Counted from the stretch's first letter, positions 27,371-43,204 are shown. The stretch: 64,000 nt of DNA from Lama glama (GCA_028534125.1 CM052817.1:27654001-27718000); one strand, 5' to 3'. Program-made: numbers and translations. Notes: generated from the sequence alone by a model not told the origin.

Positions 27371-28209
27371 CTGTAGCTTTACCCTGTGGGTTCTGCTGCA
27401 AAATATTAAAAAAAAAAAAAACCCAAGGTACTAATAATCCTCTTTTAATGCTTTAGAATAATGAAATAATTTAAATTTCATTTTAATTGATATCCCAATT
27501 CAAACCCAAATTATTTGGACTAAATTATTGCTTTTTTCTTCCAAAATTACTGGTTAGAACATTGCATATTCTAGTGCAAAAATAAAACATCTATTTTTCC
27601 TAAAATGAGAAAATGTGTTTTGTCTTAGTTTTTACCTACTCTGATATATGAATGATATTTATTCAATTTCTCTGTTCAGTAATGGTTGACAGTAGATTTA
27701 TTTTATGCAATAAGTAGAAGCGGGGAGCAAAAACTATGCTACCTTATTTAGTCATAGCTACTTATTTCGCTTTTACACTCAGATCACTGTTCAAAAACCA
27801 CCAATAATCAACGTCTGTTCATTGTTAAGTCATGAGTAGCAGCTGTAGGGGTCTTTCTCTCCCTGATAGGATGGAACTATGAGTAGGAAGCATGTGTTTG
27901 AAATGTGAATATACAAAATACTGGATGGAAATCTTGGATTATATGTCACCCCTAGATCATCACTGGTTGTCCCTTAGATTCACTAGATCAAATAGATTTT
28001 TCTGGGTGGTTTTTGGTCAGTTCCCTGACATAACTGAGTATCTTTTATTTGGGTACTAAGCATAAAATTTTCTTGGCATTCAGATACAAGAGAAAAGCCT
28101 TAGCATTAGGGAGAAAAAAAAGTTGTTAAAAAAACCCCCCCAAAAGTGTCTTGAATGAATTACAAAAAGATGCAAAAAGCAAGCTACAACACTTAACAGA
28201 GACTTGACA

Positions 28210-28215
28210 TTTATT
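28210..28215 (-). terminator. Candidate polyadenylation signal of BEND4
   Basis: AATAAA on the minus strand followed by GT/T-rich tgttaagtgttgtagcttgctttttgcatctttttgt. Confidence 0.55.
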
Positions 28216-29269
28216 GTGCAATTTTCTCTCCAACAGAACATGTGGCATTCTAGAGGTATATGAGGTAATAAAATCAATACTCCAATTAGAACACCTGAAA
28301 TAATTGGCTCTAGTAACAAATGTTTCTTATAATTAAAAATATTGAATGTTTAAAAAACTCTTATAACATTTTAAGTTCCTAAAAGAAATGTGCCTAACAC
28401 TTAAAAAACAACTTACTCTTCTATATAAATTGTTCACAAAAATCTTGCTATTCTATATTACACTATGCATTTATAGTTTTATTAACATGTCCCTAGTGGG
28501 CATTAACTCTACACAATACAATCAAATAGAAATTATTCATAGAGAATCAACAAGACTTCAACAATAAAAATATTAAGATCAATGGATTTGTCACAGTTTC
28601 TCCACAAGTTTTTATCATAGAAAATAGAGTAAAGGCAAGTTGGCCCCAGTGTTAGGCTGCTACACAAAGTTCCAGAGAAGAAACACACAAAGGCGATGCT
28701 TCAATGTTGGCAGGGTTGAGCTGGACCAGTGACTCCTCTCATGGTCTGGCATGCCCTGTTCCCTAGAAACAAAGCCAGGCCCTAAAGGCATGGCAAGCTC
28801 TTGAACTTAAATGCAGCCAGAGATGTTAAAGCCAAAACTACAGGAAAGAATCAACAGATTACTGTATTTTCCTACAAAATCTTCACAACAGTTCTCACAG
28901 TGACATCATGGATTAAACCCTCTCTTCCAAACCAGACTCATCAGTTCTAAGGCTACGAATACAACAGACGTGAAAAGTGAATGGGCATTGGCTAACTGAT
29001 GCCCGGAGCCATTCTAACATCTCTGTTCCCGAAGAACATCGCTTCACTGAGCTTAAAGTTTTGCTTTTATATCCCTGTATTTTTGTACTGCTGGGAACCC
29101 GTGAAATAAATGTGAACAAATTGGTAATTTTAATTTTCTCGCTACTTTAGTTAAACAACAAATTTGTTCCAAAGTGTTGATGGGGTTTTGAGAACCTTGG
29201 CTACAGGGGAAAACTGAACTAGTCATTCTGCTTACTAAACCCAAAGATTTCCTCTTATTGGCCAAGTAC

Positions 29270-29420
29270 CTTGGGCAGTGTCCTTAACAATAAAACGAGG
29301 CTAGTAACAGCCCAGAGAGTGGCTGTGAGGACTAAAATGAGAAGATGCATTAAAGTGCTTAGCAAAGTACCTGGCACTCAAAGACTCAGTGAATATAAGC
29401 TGCAGCCACTGTTATTGTCA
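29270..29420 (+). mobile_element. MIR fragment within the probable BEND4 3' UTR
   Basis: ggctgtgaggactaaaatgagaagatgcattaaagtgcttagcaaagtacctggcac. Confidence 0.65.
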
Positions 29421-32400
29421 GTGGTTTGGGATGGGCCTAAATAGATTTCCAGGGTGGACAAGGCTCAATGGGCTACTTGTACTGGGGCAATTATTCTGAG
29501 AATGAAAAGGCTTTTGAATAAGTCCTCTTAGCAGATGTATTTTCATTGTAATTTGGGGACCTGTGATTCAATGAAAACCTAGCCCTTATGTTATCAGCTA
29601 TATAGTCATGAGGAAAATTAATCTGGCTAGTTTCACCATGTAGACTTAATAATTTAGTGCTTTCAATAGTTGAGCTGACTGAGCAAGCAGGTCATTAGAT
29701 GAGTGAAGTCCAGTCCTCTCAATGTTTCTTGCAACTGAATGTACCACGGAGGGTTAAAGTGGCTTCTAATGTATAAATTTATCTATTACAGTCGAATTTT
29801 ACATATTAAGAGACAAGTATTCGTGGGTTGTTTTTGCACTCCATGTTGTCTGATATCAATTCTTCACCTTCCTCTAAAAAACAACACAAATAGAAGAACC
29901 AATGCCACTGGCTGATTATGCAAATAACTTTTTGGATGGCCATCAACTGGGTGACATTTTCCTACACTATTCTGAGTGAAATGGTTATTTTTATCTAGTA
30001 CTTACACAACTGAAAGCAGCCATCACTATGTTTACAAAAATATGTCATAACGATACATACTGCTGTTTAGACACATTCACACGAGAGTTCTGACTCAAGC
30101 ATTCTATTTGACATGTTTTGCCAAGCAGTTTTGGCAAGTGTCACTGCATTAAACATACTCCGGCAGGACTTGCACCGTATGTGCAAAATCATTTCTATTA
30201 CATTCCTAAAAACTGGTATATAGGAGCTGTCAAAAATTACAAGGATCTGTACTATGAAATGCCACAGCACTGAATGAGAAATGTTGTATGTTTAAATCTT
30301 TTGTAAAAACGAAGTTATCCAAGAATGAGACTTTTTTAAATGATTGAAACCTAAGAAAAAACGAAGGACATAGTGGGCATTAGGTTTAGGTTTTAGAGCA
30401 CATACTGAATGACAGTTGTAACTGAGGGCAATGTATGTTTGCTCTTCTGGAAGTAAGAGTGCATATCTCACCCAACCTGATGCTCCGTCCATTCTCTGGT
30501 AGCAACAGAAGGGAGGGCAAGCCATTAACAGTGGCAGAAAATGTAGAAATCATGGGCCTGTAGATTCCCAAGTTTGTCTTCTTGTCTAGATTTTGGAAAA
30601 ATGTCTGCCATTACAAGAATAATTTACTGGATTTAGAAAAACCATTCTATTGATATCAGACACATGGAGGGATTGGATCAAATAACCTATTATAGTAATT
30701 TATATCTCCTTACAATCCCGATGAAGAAATCTTTTAGGTCAATGTATTCATGGCTGAAGAAGGGCTGAGAAAGCTCCAGAATATAAAATCACGCACTTGC
30801 TCTACAGCTGTGAAGCAGCCACATGTATAACGTAGCCTTCAATTTCCCCACCCAAGAGGATGACGATTTCCTGCAAATGCTCTAATATCCGCTCCCTTCC
30901 TCGGGAAGCCTTATGAAACGCAAATGTGACAGTGACCTGAGGAAACGAGGAACACCAAGAGAATGATGCCCAGGTTCAAGGACTGAGTGAAGTATTTTCA
31001 AGAAAGTTTTTCTCCATAACATTTAACACTGAGGTTAAACCATGAGATTGTGAACGGTGGACCTTCAAAAGAGACCTTGAGAAATGTGACCTTAGCAACT
31101 GCTCGCAGAATATGGTCCCCTCCCCAGGTACCTGGTCTACGTCCTCAAAAACAGATCACCCTTAATGGTTATCCTGAGCCCAGTGGAATGGCACCTGGGG
31201 TTTAGTTCACTGGGAAAGCAGGCATGCTCTCTGTGATGTGGTTTTCCTATGGGAAAACTCAGGACAAATCAAGACTCAGTCATTGTGGGTAGGTATGGAC
31301 ACTCGTGATAGCTGGGATCATGGGCCACACCCAGTCACTGGCAAAAATACCAGATTTGGTGTGTGGTGGCAGGCCAGCCCTACGACCTCTTCTCTGGCCA
31401 ACGAGGTGGAGCACAGCCGCATGCTGAGCTGTTTTAGTTCAGTCTTTTACAGCAATGCTAAGATGGCTCAAGAAAGATGCTAAAAGCTGCCATGAGTGTT
31501 AAGTGTCTCGTGATGAGAGCAATCTGTCCAACTGTCAAAGATGCAGAAAATCAAATGAAGAAAACATGCAACATCTTCAGGTCTCCAAAGAGATCAGCTG
31601 AAAGGCTGACAGAGCAGTGACAGTGTTCAGTTGTCTCAGTGGTGAGCTTCTAACCTTGTTACAGAGGTTGTAATGGTCTTAACCAAAAAAATAAGTGAAC
31701 AATCTTTGCAAGCCCTAACTTAAAAATCAGATGACCACGCAGACAACCACCATGAACTAGGTAATACGCCAGCCCTAAAGCTGAAACACAAATGGCAGTG
31801 TGGGACGTAGACTAAGGAGAGGAGACAGCAAAATACTGAAGCAGGTGCCATGTCACAGCCCAAGTGGCCGTTAGTGTCTGGGTCAGGCGGTGGGCTCGGC
31901 TAAAGGACACAGCAACGACACCAATGGTGTAATGGAACACCTGACTGGGGGTAGGGGATCGTAGGTCCTAGACCCCGGAGAGGCATGAGAACTGGCCGTG
32001 CGATGCTGAGTCAGTCATTTTTCTGGGCCTTGCTCACATGCATATGAGATGGCCAACGTTTCAGAATTTGTGAAGTATTGGCAAACAGCTGATAAATGAT
32101 TCACCTGGAATGAAGGTGAGAGGAAGACCAGGTGTGCCTCTGGAGCAAAGGTTGTGTGCAACCACATGGCTTGAGAGGCCGGGCCTCCCCACCCCAGCGG
32201 CCTTTGTAGGCGATGCTGACAGGAGCGGGGGAATCACCTGATCTCTGAGCACGCCAACCTGTCCGGCCACAGAGACCGAGTGCGGACATGCTCTCACCGC
32301 CACCCCAGCGAAGACCACAACGACACGGAGATGTGAGGACGTGTGGAATTCTCAAACTGGCAGGAAAACGGTAAGAATTGAAAGTTTGTTTTTTTAAGGC

Positions 32401-34366
32401 AGTGGTCAAATATGGCTGCTACAGAAAAAAAAAGACATTGTACTCAGCAGTAAGGCAACTAAAGCGCAATGCAAAGAAAGACAAAGTAAGATGGAGAGAC
32501 AGATGAGACTATGGTGGTATTTTTCTTCTGACCAAGATTTCCTGTCACCAAAAATCTTGTGAGATACTGACTTTCTAGACCTTGAAAACTCCACAGGAAG
32601 AATCTTTTCTCCTTGGAGAGTCAAAGACATTCGTTGCACCGCTCCCACAAGCTACATCGCATTTGCCCTTATTATCTCTTTTACTTGCAAATTTTAGCTA
32701 ACTTACTCCAGGACTGAAATACTAGAATTTCCCCCACATCATTTAACAGACCATGACCATCTCCATAAACAAACTTTTCAACAGGTGAAACTAAATCATA
32801 ACAAAAGCTAAAGAAGGACCTGTTCCTAGGGTCATGCAAGGAGTTGGTGCTAATTATAGACCATAAAGGGTAATTTATTATTTCATTTTGTCAAAAAGTG
32901 GCAAAAAGAAACACCCTCTTTATGAATGGACGCTCATAAACTTGAAATGAAGTTGCAACCCATTTTCAAAACCTTTAGTCCTGTTTGTAGATGACATAAG
33001 CAGCCTTCAATCAAGGCTGCCCACCGAGCCCCCTCTGCTGTACAAAGCATGCAGCAATCTTGGTTAGGGCGACAAAGGAAGTCTCCCCTATCCAAACCTG
33101 ACGTCCTTAGAAATAGATTTGAGCAACTCTAGAGCAAATGTTGGTAAGAAATGGTTCCAAAGACATTACTACTAACTTCACAGATGGAGGTCAACAAGTG
33201 AAACTGGGGAAAGTGGGTGGGAGCGGTTCAGCGCTAACTCAGCCAGAGCCAGCCACTCAGAGGATTGGCAGCAAGGAGGCACGCAACGGTTGGGATGAGA
33301 CATTTCCATCGGTGACAACGAGAAACAAGATTTATGCAAATTCTGAAGATCAATTCAGCACAAAAAGACCCTCCAATTTCAGAGAAATTACAGACAAGCC
33401 CATTGCATAGTTGTCAGAATGGCCTTGAAGCTGTGTGTATACAATTCCGGAACATCTGGTCAATTCAGTGAATACCATCAGTCACACTACTTGTTTGGTC
33501 CTCAGTGCACCAAACAAATGACTGAAATTCTCATTGTTCAAACCATCACTTTGGCATTGCGTCAACAAAGCCCGATTTAAGGCTGTGGGAACTGTGGGTC
33601 TATGAACCTACAAAACCGAGCATTTGAAAACACTTTTGGATCTTTGGATGTTTCTTGACTGACACAGTGAAAACTATTTGTTTGTCAACTCCAGAGATCA
33701 TAGAGTGCCTTTCTGATCAACACGGTAGTTTTTTTTGTAAAACTAACAGAAAAACAGCTGACTTCCAATTAATCAGTCTAGAGGTGGCCTCTGTTCTCTG
33801 ATTTTTTTTAATAATAGGCTCTGTCATTGGAGACACAGCACATGATGTCACCTAGCCCATGTCTTCACTGAGAAGTATAAATTCAAGTCTTTGGAAAATA
33901 AAGACAACTTATCTGAACTGAAATAAGAGAATGCTTGTTCCTTGTCCCTTAAGATAATGCCGTGTCTCTACCTTCTCCCGTGGGCAGGACACTAACCCAA
34001 TGCTCCGTGGAGACCAGCTCTGCTCAGGAGGTAGAGCTTACTTGAAGATTTCAAACAGGTGACCAGGAGCTCACCTAACTTTTTTCATCCTCACTGTCTA
34101 ATTAATAATCATTTAAAACCAACTGTAGTTTTTTCTTTTTGTAATATAGTATTCTGAAAATCTCTGTGGGCTCCACAGACTTCCCAAACAACCCTAAAAT
34201 GGATTTCTATTTGGGAATTACGGAAGTTAAGTCAAGAGAGTTAAGGTTTAGGATGTGTAAAGTCTGACAGAATGACATGCTTTGGATTCTAAAGTGATGG
34301 TAACAGGACATTCACAATTGGAACTCTTGAGAGAACCGGCTGCTAGTGTGGACAGGCTTTTGTCCA

Positions 34367-34678
<312 letters not shown>

Positions 34679-37104
34679 TTAACAGAAGCTCTGTAAGAAA
34701 AGCTTTATGGGACATCCAATGCAATGCCATGATGATGCCACTCATTACACCCAACCTGCACCATATACCGTTTCTACTCACGTGCAAACGTAAAACATCA
34801 CGTGAGAGGGTGATCCTTCTAAGGCAAGTTTGCGATGAAAGATAAACTTGATTTGCAAGACCTGATATGCACCATGCTTGGTCAAAGTTATAGAGTACGT
34901 TTCAAAACCTTGTTGTTACATGCTCACTTTGTTAGAATGTCAACGATCTCCAGAAGCACAGCAAATATCATTAGCATGGGACTCTTTAACCCACTATTCA
35001 TTTGTAGATTAAGTGCAATAAAATAAAATCTCAACGAGTAAGAAACTGCCGAGGCTGTAGTTCAGAAGCGGTTTCCACGTTCTTAAAATGTTACAATTAC
35101 AGGCTATATATTTTTTTCTAATTGTAGTATCTGCACATGTAGTGACAAATATTTTTTTGAATGAGATTTCCTCTAAATATTTAATTTGCCCGGAAGCCTG
35201 GAAACATGCCATTAGCATGCCTGGAAGAGTAAAAATATGAAAAGTAGCTAGGAGTCCAGTGAAACAAACTTGGCCTCCCTTGGGCTGAGCTCAGATTAAC
35301 CCTTCCTCTTTTCTCAGGGCACACATGTAATTCCTACACAGCTAATTTAATATGGACATCTGTAAACTCAAATGAGCATTTTGGAAAGAGTTCTAAGTCA
35401 AACTGTGTTTTTTTTGCACAGTTGATTGGAAGTTCAAGGTGACTGCTATTTACAGGTCGTTTCTTCTCCAGCACCGCTCCCTCTACAAGACAATGCTTCT
35501 GGTTCTAGGACTGGATTTGTCTAATATTTCTTTGTGAAATCCCAGCCCTATTTGCTCTTTGAAGCTGATGCTTTCAAGTACCTGGACCAGAAAAACCTCA
35601 TGACCTGAACTGTGCCCATCTCGGCAGAGCCTGGCTTCGCAGAGAAGCAGGGCATCACCAGGTCTGTCCATGCCCCCTTTAACTTTGTGCCTGAGTCCCG
35701 GCCCTGGTGGCCCTCCTTGTGGAAAGAACTATATTTATGCAGCTCCTCACCCTGAAAACTGTCAGAAACCAGGTGACTTATCCTGGGATGCAGCCTAGGA
35801 AACAATGCAGGCTAATTCTCAAACCTCGGTCACGGTCATTATAATGCTGAGCAGATAGAAAGAAGGTATTCTGGGACCACTAAGGCTCAAATATTTAGTC
35901 CTTTCCCGGTGATTTTTCTAGTGTTCACACCTATTCACAACTGTCCTCAAATCATTTCCAGCCAGACTATCAGCTCCAGAAGTCAGGGACCCTGTTTTCT
36001 ATTCCTCTCTGTCCTTCTTCAAGTCCCTAAGCCTCAAGTATTCAGTAAGTATTCAACACCTGTTTAAGTGGTTTCCCCGTTTCTGCCCAGATCCCTCACT
36101 CTCACAGGATCGCAAAGAAAGGAAAGACTCAAAGTATCAACGAGAGGAAATCAAGGCTAACGGCTGAGGACGCTGCAGCCCTGCCACGTGGAGGGCGTGC
36201 TGCTCTGTGACACTCCCACTGCCAATGCTGTGACGGGACTTTCCCTAATATTGGGCCAGACTATTACCAGCCGAAACTAGTGCTCGTTCTGCTATACAGA
36301 TGTGAAGAGCCCTCCTACCACCCTCGTCCTTCTGGGGTTAAACCACCTTGGGGAGCAGGTCAGCCTAGAATTTGATTTAATTCCCTGAAGCACCCTGCCT
36401 TCCATCCCTCAAGTGCTCAAGTGTCTGGGGCTTCCTTGGCAATTCTGATCTTGCTCACCACAAGGACATCCACCTTGGGAGTCACCAAGCCTAACCCTTC
36501 AGGAAAGGACTCCCACCTAGGCCATAGGAAGGCCCCAGGACTTCAGCCTTGGGGACGGACATAAATGCTCTAACCAACTGTCCCGGCGCTATAACCAGTT
36601 CTTGCCTATGCCTCCCGCCATGGGCTGGGTGGGAGCCCCGTGGGGGCAGAGCTGGACGGTACACTCTCTGCTCAGGCAGCCTGGGCTCCGTCGGTATCAC
36701 AGCGGGCCTGGCAGCGTTCCCAGGGCAGCGACACTGGCCCTTTGGGACGTACGTTAATCCCTCAGTTTCACTGCCTTGCTTGTTAAAATGTAAAATGTTT
36801 AACAAGGATTTCTAGAAGGGGGTACCCTGGCGAGGCCCCTTATCCTGATTCCCTTAGGAGCCTCAGGGCAACTTCCTGAGTACATGCTGAGTGTGCTCTC
36901 AGGAGAGCCCCCAAGCTCACCACTGCCTCTGGTTCCTTCATCTGCTCCAATAATAATGGGAATAAAGGAAATTACAGCGAATCTGCTAAGACAGACTCTG
37001 GAAATCTTCATCAGTCACTCACTCAGAGTAAGTGGAATTTTCAGACTGGCCAACAGGGGGTGCTCCAGCGCACCTGTGCCACATTAATATTGGTGTGTTC
37101 ATCC

Positions 37105-37290
37105 TAAGTGGTTTCCTCAAGTGTGGGCCATCTGCATCAATCACCTGGGGTGGTTGTGACGCACAGCAGCAACGCATGTCTCCCCCACCCTCACCCCAGA
37201 CCCACTGAATCAGAAGTTCAGGGTGGGTCCGGGAATCTCCGCCTCTAACAAATACTACACGTGCGTCCTAGGCAGGCTACAGATCGCTGT
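37105..37290. mobile_element. MER5A-like hAT MITE
   Basis: agtggtttcctcaagtgtgg...catcaatcacctgggg...ccccagacccactgaatcagaa...gggaatc. Confidence 0.6.
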
Positions 37291-38056
37291 GGGCATCCTG
37301 AGGGCTACAGGAGTGAGTGTCCCTTCTGATGACTAAGGCCTCATCAGTGATAATGACTTTTACTGTGACTTCTTCGCCAGGAAACAGTTTGATCCCTGTC
37401 CAGAGCAAATCATTGTCTTTCCAACAAAAAAAATCATTACTGAACTATACAGGTTAACACCTGAGCTATGTGATGTGGCTTTTTCAGGTGTGAATGGTGC
37501 TATAATGCTTCTACTTGTCTAAGTCTGTGTTCATTTTCACCCACTGGGTAAGTGTCCAGATTCTCCCTCCCCGCCCTCTACCCGGCCCAGCCAGAGTGTG
37601 GATTAGCTACCAAACAATCAGCTGTCAGTACTGATGAAATGACACTATCTAAGAATTTTTTAATACAGAAACTTAAAAACCTAATAAAGTCTGGCTGGGC
37701 AAGAAATACTTGAGGCAGGCCTAAGGAAAATTAATCCTAAATAAATTTAAGGAGTTGGGGCAAGCATTCCTGGGAAGGTAGCTAGACTGGGGGAGGGCAT
37801 CATAGGCTACAAATGAAAACGGGGTAATTTTTTAAATTCCTCGTCTTCTTTTTCTCTGTGCTTTCCCCAGTGCTCCAGTTTTGCCAGAGGTGGCCTTCTC
37901 TGGCAGCAAAGAAAACCTGAATTTAAAGCGTGAAACATGAGGTGCTATGCAGTGCTTATGAGCCACTGAGTGAGAACACCAAGGCCAAAGCAAACGAATT
38001 TCTAAAGAGCTTCTCGATACCAAGGAGATGGGCTACATGAAGCCTATAAGGTCTCA

Positions 38057-38428
<372 letters not shown>

Positions 38429-40332
38429 TCATTACTTACTTAGCTGGCCGGCCAGAAGCCCAGGCGATCTCCATTTCAAAGGCAAACATGCTTTTTAACC
38501 AAGTGGCTATGCTGACAATGAACCAGGTATTGAAGAGCACGAGTAATTGCTCACTCTCAGAACAGGCACTTTTCAAATTACATTTGCATTTTCTATAACA
38601 AGAGCCAATGAGGTATAATGAACACCTTTGAAACAGGAGCTATTTATAACTTGCATTTTAACAGGTAGGTTAAAATGTGTCAAGATCCAATGACAGGGAA
38701 CACTATTTAAATCTAACCGGTAACTTTCCCTTTCAATCTATTAAAATATGCAAAAATGACTTTGAAGAGTGTGATCAAACAGGTCTCTTCATACTTTGGC
38801 TGGCAGTTAAGTACTTCTAGAAATGATGCTGGTGGTCTATTTCCATAAGGCATTACTTGTATTTAAATGCACCTAATACCTGATAGCCACTGCATTTCAG
38901 TGGGAACAACATTAAAAAGGGGGAATTTCAGAAACAGAAAAAAATAATCACTAATAATAATGCAAAACAAGTTTCCTCAAATTATAGCTTCTGCAAATGC
39001 CACTATGTCAACTCAAAATTTTTCTTACTTTTCACCTTCATAATTTATGTCTGCTATAAAATTCCCAGGCTAAATGGCTGCAGTGGGACTAATTACAGGA
39101 ATTTCTGTAACATTTACAAGCCATGTTTAGTCAACTGCACCTACACAACCATTACTTTAGTTCCAGTTATCCATAAAATTCTACACTCCAGGACAAATTA
39201 ATTAACCTGTGATCTCAGTTTTAATGTACTCCTTCCCCAGTAATTAAGGTGTACAAAATAAAGAAGGGAAACTCATTCAGTTTTACAACTCTGTAAATTT
39301 ACTATAGGTTGTAAATTTGGCACTGTTTGGGTCTGGTAGGTTTTTATTTAAAAAGTGCTCTATTCAGTTAAGCCTTGAGAAGGGCAAACGGTATAGGAGC
39401 CAACAGGAAAGACAGAGGCAGCAGGTACGGCTGTGAGACCGTCACCGGATTACACCCATGGAAACTCATCCTCGCCGCGTTCACACTCCTTTGAAGCAGC
39501 AGGAGTGTGACTTAGTCTCCTTTTCAAGGCAAGAGGCTGAGGGACATGGTCTGTGGTTTGAATTTATAGTCGGCCTGGGTTTGAACAGAATCTTGGTTCT
39601 GGGTCTTCTTAGTTGAGTTTCTTGAGCAAGTTACTTCAACTTGTTGGATCAAAGCTTCCCCAACTATAATAGGGGAAGAACTAAATTATCACGGGTTTAA
39701 AATATGAGTATTTGGGAGGATAAACCAAACCCTGGTTCTGTGTACTATGCATGATCAAAAGATGGGCAGGAGCCCAAAAGTTCCAAAGGGCCCCTCACAC
39801 CAGGCGTTTCAGGGGAGAGATGGAGGGATGACTGGAGTGTGTGGCAGTGCAGATGGAGAATCGAGGGCAAAGATGTAAAACCAAGGGGGTCAGGCAGCCA
39901 ATCCAGTTAGACAGGGTGTGGGAACTGGGGAGTCAGGATGACTCCCAGGAGAAAGAGGGGTGTCTTTCACAAAGATACGGAACAGAGGGCTATGGCCGGA
40001 GGGAGGAGGAGGCAGAGAGCAAGGAAGAACAGCGCCTGACACACAGGAGGTGCGGTGAACACTTGTCAGATGATGCAGCAAACACTCCCGAGCCAGCATG
40101 AAGCAGACACTCCGCGCTGTGACTACAAGGAAGAGGTCTTACTTTTTTTTTTAACTGCTGTGACACTGGGACATTTGAAGAGCTCCTACTGAATACGAAC
40201 TGGCAAAGCTAAAGGACTTTCAGGAGAGCAAGACAAGGGACTTCTAAAAAGGGCCACTGAGGACGGAGGCCTTCCACCACCCTTAATGTGAAATCATCCT
40301 CTTGGTCATGGTCCCTGTAAGTACACTTGTCA

Positions 40333-40432
40333 NNNNNNNNNNNNNNNNNNNNNNNNNNNNNNNNNNNNNNNNNNNNNNNNNNNNNNNNNNNNNNNNNNNN
40401 NNNNNNNNNNNNNNNNNNNNNNNNNNNNNNNN
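40333..40432. other. Assembly gap (100 N)
   Basis: Run of N. Confidence 1.
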
Positions 40433-40779
40433 AAATGTCGATATTGCTCCTATTTTATGTTTTTATGGAATTCTGATTGCACAGTCCCTTCAATTAGCCA
40501 CCAAAAAGTTACTAACTCTGACCTATTATCAAGTCATTTTGAAAAAAAATTGTGAACAGCACTTACTTAATGTCTTCATAGAGTCATAACCAGAAGGAAG
40601 ATCCAAGTGTGCATTAACTTTTAAGTAACTTCTGAATTAGTCTCATGAACAAAGTGCTCTGAGAGCAATCACGGAGAACTTCTTGGAGGAAGTGGGCTTT
40701 TTAGATGTGCTTTTTGTATAACAGAAATGTCAAGTTAAGAAATGGGGACCCTATCCTTGGGAGTGATCAAGGAATTTTT

Positions 40780-41600
40780 AAGTATGCATCATTTGTTTTG
40801 GATCTGCATTTCAGAAAAACAACTTTTCAATGTGCAGGACAGAGAAGAAAGAATGTACTGCACCAGTCCAGGTGGGATGTGATGAGAGGGAACTAGAGTG
40901 GAGACTATTCAATGTGGCTGTGAAGTGAGTGGATGTCAGGAAGGAGGAAGAGGAAAAGGAAGAGTCCGTGACACCTGGGGAGTTTCCTCCCGGGCTGGTG
41001 TTGCATTTAGGGAAGAGGAACCAGGAGTAAGGATGGGTATTTTCAGAGGCGAAAGCGCTGAGTTTGAGGTGCACAGGCACTCCACTTCTGGTCAGGCAGC
41101 TGGGCACGAACTTATCTAGAGGTGAGCCTTGGGGACTGGGGTCTAGATCTTGATCTGGGACTTGTTAACCCACACACAGGTGACGTTCAGAGAACACACC
41201 TGACCGGAGAAGGCAGCGGAGAGAAGATGGATGGTGCAACTCCAGAGAACAGTGGATGGAACGCTTCTTAAAGCACAGTAAGAAAAGCACGGGGAACCAG
41301 AAGAGAGTCCTGACACTAAGGCCCAGAGAAAGAGCACTTGGAGGAGGGGCAAGGCCCTGGGCATGCCGAGGGCTGGAAGACAAGCCTCTGGACTGGATAG
41401 CTGGGAAGCGGCTGGGGCTGGGGCTGGGGCGGGACTTGCAGAGCATTCTGCTAATTAGTGGAGGTGGAGCCAGGGCCGGATTACAGGAGGTGGAAGAGTA
41501 AATGAACACTGAGAGAGTGGAGAAATGAATGTGGACCAGTCTTTCAAGTGTTTAATCACTGAAAAGAAGGAGGTCACCCTTCAGCAAGTGCCTTCAATGA
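40780..41600. mobile_element. L2 LINE fragment
   Basis: Purine-rich L2-like sequence (gctgagtttgaggtgcac...ggtcaggcagctgg...gagaggagactgg-type motifs). Confidence 0.5.
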
Positions 41601-43003
41601 CAGGCACAGGGGATGCCAATCGGGATGAGACCTGGGCCTAACCTTTCAGGGGCGGATGTGTCGTGGTGCAGAACGAAGGTGCTGAGAGAGGGTGCTCTGG
41701 GTGACGGAAGGAGAAAGAAAAGACAATCACTGAGGGAGGGAGGGAGGGAGAATCAAAGGAGCACTGACTTTCAGGGTGGGAAGACTAGGGTGTGTCTGAC
41801 ACCCAGGGGAACGACCCAACATCGGGGAAGAAATCAGTGCACAAGACAAGGAATAACTGATAGGCACAAAGTCCTAGCAGCGGGAGGGCGGTGCTGGGTG
41901 AAAGAACAGCTGTGGACTGGTGGCCCTGGCAGAACTCAGTGGGCTGAGTTCAGCGTGGTATCTCTTACCTCTTTGCTGACTCAAGACAGGGAGGGTGGTG
42001 GGACTAGGGAGAGGCTGGGGGCTGGGAGCAAGGAGCAGACCTCTGAAGCAGCTCCTCTAAGTGATGGGGAGGGTTTCACCTGCACTAGACCGATCTCCTT
42101 CGGTCCTCTGGTCTCCTTCGTGTACAGAGAACTGGAGCACAGAGTGTTCTTGTACTTCCTCAGGAGAGGCATGCAGTCAGGGCGGGAACAACAGTGTGCA
42201 GTCGGATCTACTAAATGGTAGGCCTGAGGATGGAATTTTAAGATGATTTTAATTAGATACAGGGACTGTCAATGGACATGTGACCACACGATGAGAGAGG
42301 GACAGCATCCTATTGTTACCAGCACGAACAACTCACCCTGCCAAGAGAAGAAAACTTGACTACATAAACAGAGCATGACCTGCTGTTATCAACCCAAGGC
42401 ACTGATTACCCCAGGAAGGGACAGTGCAGTTGCCTCTTCCACTGGATTTAGGTTCTAAACTCCAAAAAATGGAAACAACATATCCTTGAAACCGAGCCTC
42501 AAAAATCCTATAAAAATGGACCATGTTTTCACAGATACATCATCAATATCAAAACAGGCCACTTCTCCTACACACTGGAAGACACTGAGGTCTGGAGGAA
42601 GAAAACGTCCATGTTGGGGGCCCCACTGTCTGGAAAACACCCATCTGGACACTGGTGAATCTCTGTGTGGGAGATGCCCAGGGCGAGGGGCATTCCGGAA
42701 CAAGCGCTGGCTTTGCCGGACAGAACGACAGGTTGGTTCTCCCATTTCAGGCCCCTCTGTGCCGAAAGAATGGTGGGAGACTTGCTCACACTATTTGAAC
42801 TATTTCTTTTTCTCCCCCTTAGAGTACAGAGTTGAATCTTCATGGTGTATGATCTTTCTCTACAGAATATATATAAACTCACCCAGTAACCTCAGGGTTA
42901 AACATGTGTTTTGCTAGCCAGTCTGTTCTGGTATATACGTGGGTTAACTATTAAGACGCTTCATCTTAAGGAAGTTCCAAATGGAATAACATTTACGCTT
43001 TCA

Positions 43004-43204
<201 letters not shown>

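Larger units (their letters stand above)
28190..34366 (-). other. BEND4: Probable long (~6.2 kb) BEND4 3' UTR
   Basis: Mostly unique, repeat-poor sequence from the stop codon to minus-strand AATAAA signals at 28483-28478 and 28215-28210. Confidence 0.6.

Noticed and set aside
29918..29925. Octamer ATGCAAAT sites (also ~2596, ~33334 and reverse ~61503)
   Set aside because: No convincing adjacent SOX half-site, and the count is unremarkable for AT-rich DNA.
39283..39316. Short imperfect palindromes (here, ~3379-3400 and ~21223-21247)
   Set aside because: Stems of 7-8 bp are expected by chance in 64 kb.
41613..42917. 202-aa and 143-aa + strand ORFs in a BEND4 intron
   Set aside because: No recognisable domain or splice structure; adjacent to decayed L2-like purine-rich sequence.
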